Assembly (NCBI GenBank): GCA_001873345.1
Contig: MNYY01000004.1
Span: 1 to 38,668 of the forward strand
From: Candidatus Infernicultor aquiphilus
GTDB taxonomy: Bacteria > Atribacterota > Phoenicimicrobiia > Phoenicimicrobiales > Phoenicimicrobiaceae
Direction of reading: 5' to 3'
Length of the DNA: 38,668 nucleotides
The position numbers and the translations under genes were made by a program. Under the pieces are notes generated by a model. That model saw only the letters and a program-made list of their open reading frames with translations, made no database searches and was not told the DNA's origin. This document shows positions 37,412-38,668 of this stretch, piece after piece. Every line of letters starts with the position of its first letter. The stretch's first letter is position 1.

Positions 37412-37440
37412 ATTTTATCATAAACAATTAGACCCTTCAA
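37412..37440 (-). promoter_or_regulatory. Sigma70-like promoter upstream of rpsO
   Basis: The minus strand reads TTGAAG (complement of 37435-37440), a 17-nt spacer, then TAAAAT (complement of 37412-37417), about 65 nt upstream of the rpsO ATG. Confidence 0.45.
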
Positions 37441-37450
37441 CTTAAAATTA

Positions 37451-37536
37451 GTATCGAGTGAAAATATTATCAAGTATATAGTATCGAGTATCGAGTATAA
37501 ATACAGTAACAAGTAATGAGTAATAAGTGATAAGAT
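37451..37536. repeat. Heptad-periodic repeat tract (GTATCGA units grading into GTAAYRA units)
   Basis: GTATCGA GTGAAAA ... GTATATA GTATCGA GTATCGA GTATAAA taca GTAACAA GTAATGA GTAATAA GTGATAA. It shares GTATCGA-GTATCGA and GTATCG(A/C)-GTGA(A/G)AA with 262-289. Confidence 0.8.
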
Positions 37537-37569
37537 TAAATTTCCGAAATCACAAAAACACATTACTTA

Positions 37570-38502
37570 TTACATGTTATTTATCATTTTGTGGGCTGTT
37601 AAAATATCATCTTCTATCTGTTTCTTTAATAAACCTGGATGGTTAAAGTATTTTTCATTTCTTATTTTTTGTAATATATTAATATTAACTACTTGGTTAT
37701 AAATACTTTTATTAAAATTTATAATATGAACTTCTACTGTCTTATTTTTTTCTTTAAAAGTAGGTTTAATACCTATATTCATTAAACCATAATATTTTTG
37801 ATTATCAATATTGATTTCAACTAAATATACTCCGTTAGCAGGAAGTATTTTTTCTAATGGTATCTCAATATTAGCTGTAGCAAAATTTAATAATTTTTTT
37901 CCTCTTCCCTTTCCAGAGATCACTCTTCCTGAAATTATCACATTATGCCCCAATAATTTTTTCGCTTTTTTAGTATCTCCCAATCTAATATATTCTTTAA
38001 TTATAGTGCTACTAATGATGGTTTTATTTATAACTTCTGGTTTTAATATACTGGTTTTAAATTTATAAATTTTACCATATTCTTTTAAACAATCTACATT
38101 TCCTTTTCCTTGAAAACCAAATTTATAATTAAAACCTACAAAAAGTTCTTTTACTTGTAAACTATTGACTAAAATTTTAACTATAAAATCTTTAGGTGAC
38201 ATTTTACTCAAAATTTTGCTAAATTTAATAATAAGAAAAATATCTACCTCTAAATCTCTAATTAAGTTTATTCTTTCTTTTAGAGTAGTTAACAAAAAAA
38301 CATTATTTTCTGGAATAATTATTCGGTCAGGATGAGGATCGAAAGTTACCACAATACTTATCCCCTTATTTTTTTTAGCTTTATTAACTGTTAATTTAAT
38401 TAATTTTCGATGACCTAAGTGTACACCATCAAATACACCTAAAGCTATATAGCGGCTTTTTTTAGGCAACTTTATATTTCTTGAGTACCTTACAATTTTC
38501 AT
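37570..38502 (-). CDS. ribF: Bifunctional riboflavin kinase / FMN adenylyltransferase
   Basis: GVFDGVHLGHRKLI in the adenylyltransferase domain. The kinase domain carries GRVISGKGRGKKLLNFATANI, PANGVY, MNIGIKPTF and VEVHI. Confidence 0.93.
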   Translation of the reverse strand: MKIVRYSRNIKLPKKSRYIALGVFDGVHLGHRKLIKLTVNKAKKNKGISIVVTFDPHPDRIIIPENNVFLLTTLKERINLIRDLEVDIFLIIKFSKILSKMSPKDFIVKILVNSLQVKELFVGFNYKFGFQGKGNVDCLKEYGKIYKFKTSILKPEVINKTIISSTIIKEYIRLGDTKKAKKLLGHNVIISGRVISGKGRGKKLLNFATANIEIPLEKILPANGVYLVEINIDNQKYYGLMNIGIKPTFKEKNKTVEVHIINFNKSIYNQVVNINILQKIRNEKYFNHPGLLKKQIEDDILTAHKMINNM

Positions 38503-38532
38503 AATTAATTATTGTGGTTTGAATTAAAATAA

Positions 38533-38668
38533 TTAAAGATTTCTAAAAACTTTTATTGGTTTAAATATTAGATCTTTTTCATTTTTTTTAATTGGAATAC
38601 CGATAGATAATAAATTATTTTCGAGATCATATATTTTTATAAATTTGCTTCTTCCTATTTTAGATATT
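38533..38668 (-). CDS. truB: 3' end of tRNA pseudouridine(55) synthase (partial, runs off the right edge)
   Basis: The minus strand translates to ...ISKIGRSKFIKIYDLENNLLSIGIPIKKNEKDLIFKPIKVFRNL*, a TruB-like C-terminal segment. This also fits the conserved truB-ribF-rpsO-pnp order. Confidence 0.6.
   Translation of the reverse strand, partial: ISKIGRSKFIKIYDLENNLLSIGIPIKKNEKDLIFKPIKVFRNL

Noticed and set aside
14766-38068. Plus-strand ORFs of 60-92 aa opposite the minus-strand housekeeping genes (for example 14766-14948, 15600-15842, 18439-18687, 19637-19915, 20877-21086, 21434-21625, 23388-23603, 23999-24208, 24491-24679, 25213-25476, 25851-26039, 26794-27009, 28102-28341, 29023-29511, 32490-32675, 34145-34348, 34642-34839, 37811-38068) and 24724-24915 on the minus strand
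   Set aside because: All are embedded in well-supported genes on the other strand or in another frame. None shows a recognisable motif or ribosome-binding site.

Overview
This is an AT-rich bacterial chromosomal window made up mostly of conserved housekeeping genes in two long co-directional blocks that converge near 13.4-14.0 kb. The plus-strand block (382-13426) carries a V-type ATPase operon in the Enterococcus hirae order K-E-C-G(F)-A-B-D, with a Na+-type proteolipid signature and no I/a subunit in view. It continues with a metallophosphoesterase, tRNA-Arg(CCG), plsC, an NHL/TPR membrane-anchored protein, a MEMO1-family (AmmeMemoRadiSam B) protein and an Mth938-like protein. The minus-strand block (13991 to the right edge) carries truB(partial)-ribF-rpsO-pnp-dut, a Na/Pi cotransporter, uppP, ftsK and a BMP-family nucleoside-type ABC transporter. 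It then runs through a rodZ-like gene, DUF4416, thpR, recA, recX, rny, a GNAT, a PIG-L deacetylase, DUF5661, miaB and miaA. The only clearly accessory stretch is a roughly 2.5 kb islet (about 11.3-13.99 kb) at the convergence point. It holds a frameshifted hypothetical ORF pair with a HEPN-like Rx5H motif and an IS1595-type transposase C-terminal remnant. It also holds an intact, tightly coupled two-gene module: a Panacea/DUF4065-like antitoxin plus an uncharacterised 150-aa partner with a MazF/PemK-like sequence pattern. A further short frameshifted remnant follows. That module is my best candidate for an undescribed toxin-antitoxin or defence system. Other points worth a second look are listed here.
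- Three perfect 19-bp direct repeats next to an outward-facing transposase-like gene just upstream of ntpK.
- A GTATCGA heptamer tandem motif shared by two distant intergenic regions.
- Two inverted copies of a REP/MITE-like double-hairpin element.
- A PIG-L deacetylase gene split by a single in-frame TAA, inside a G+C-richer patch.
- A leader-ORF/hairpin arrangement upstream of the ABC transporter operon.
All family assignments come from reading motifs by eye; no database search was possible.
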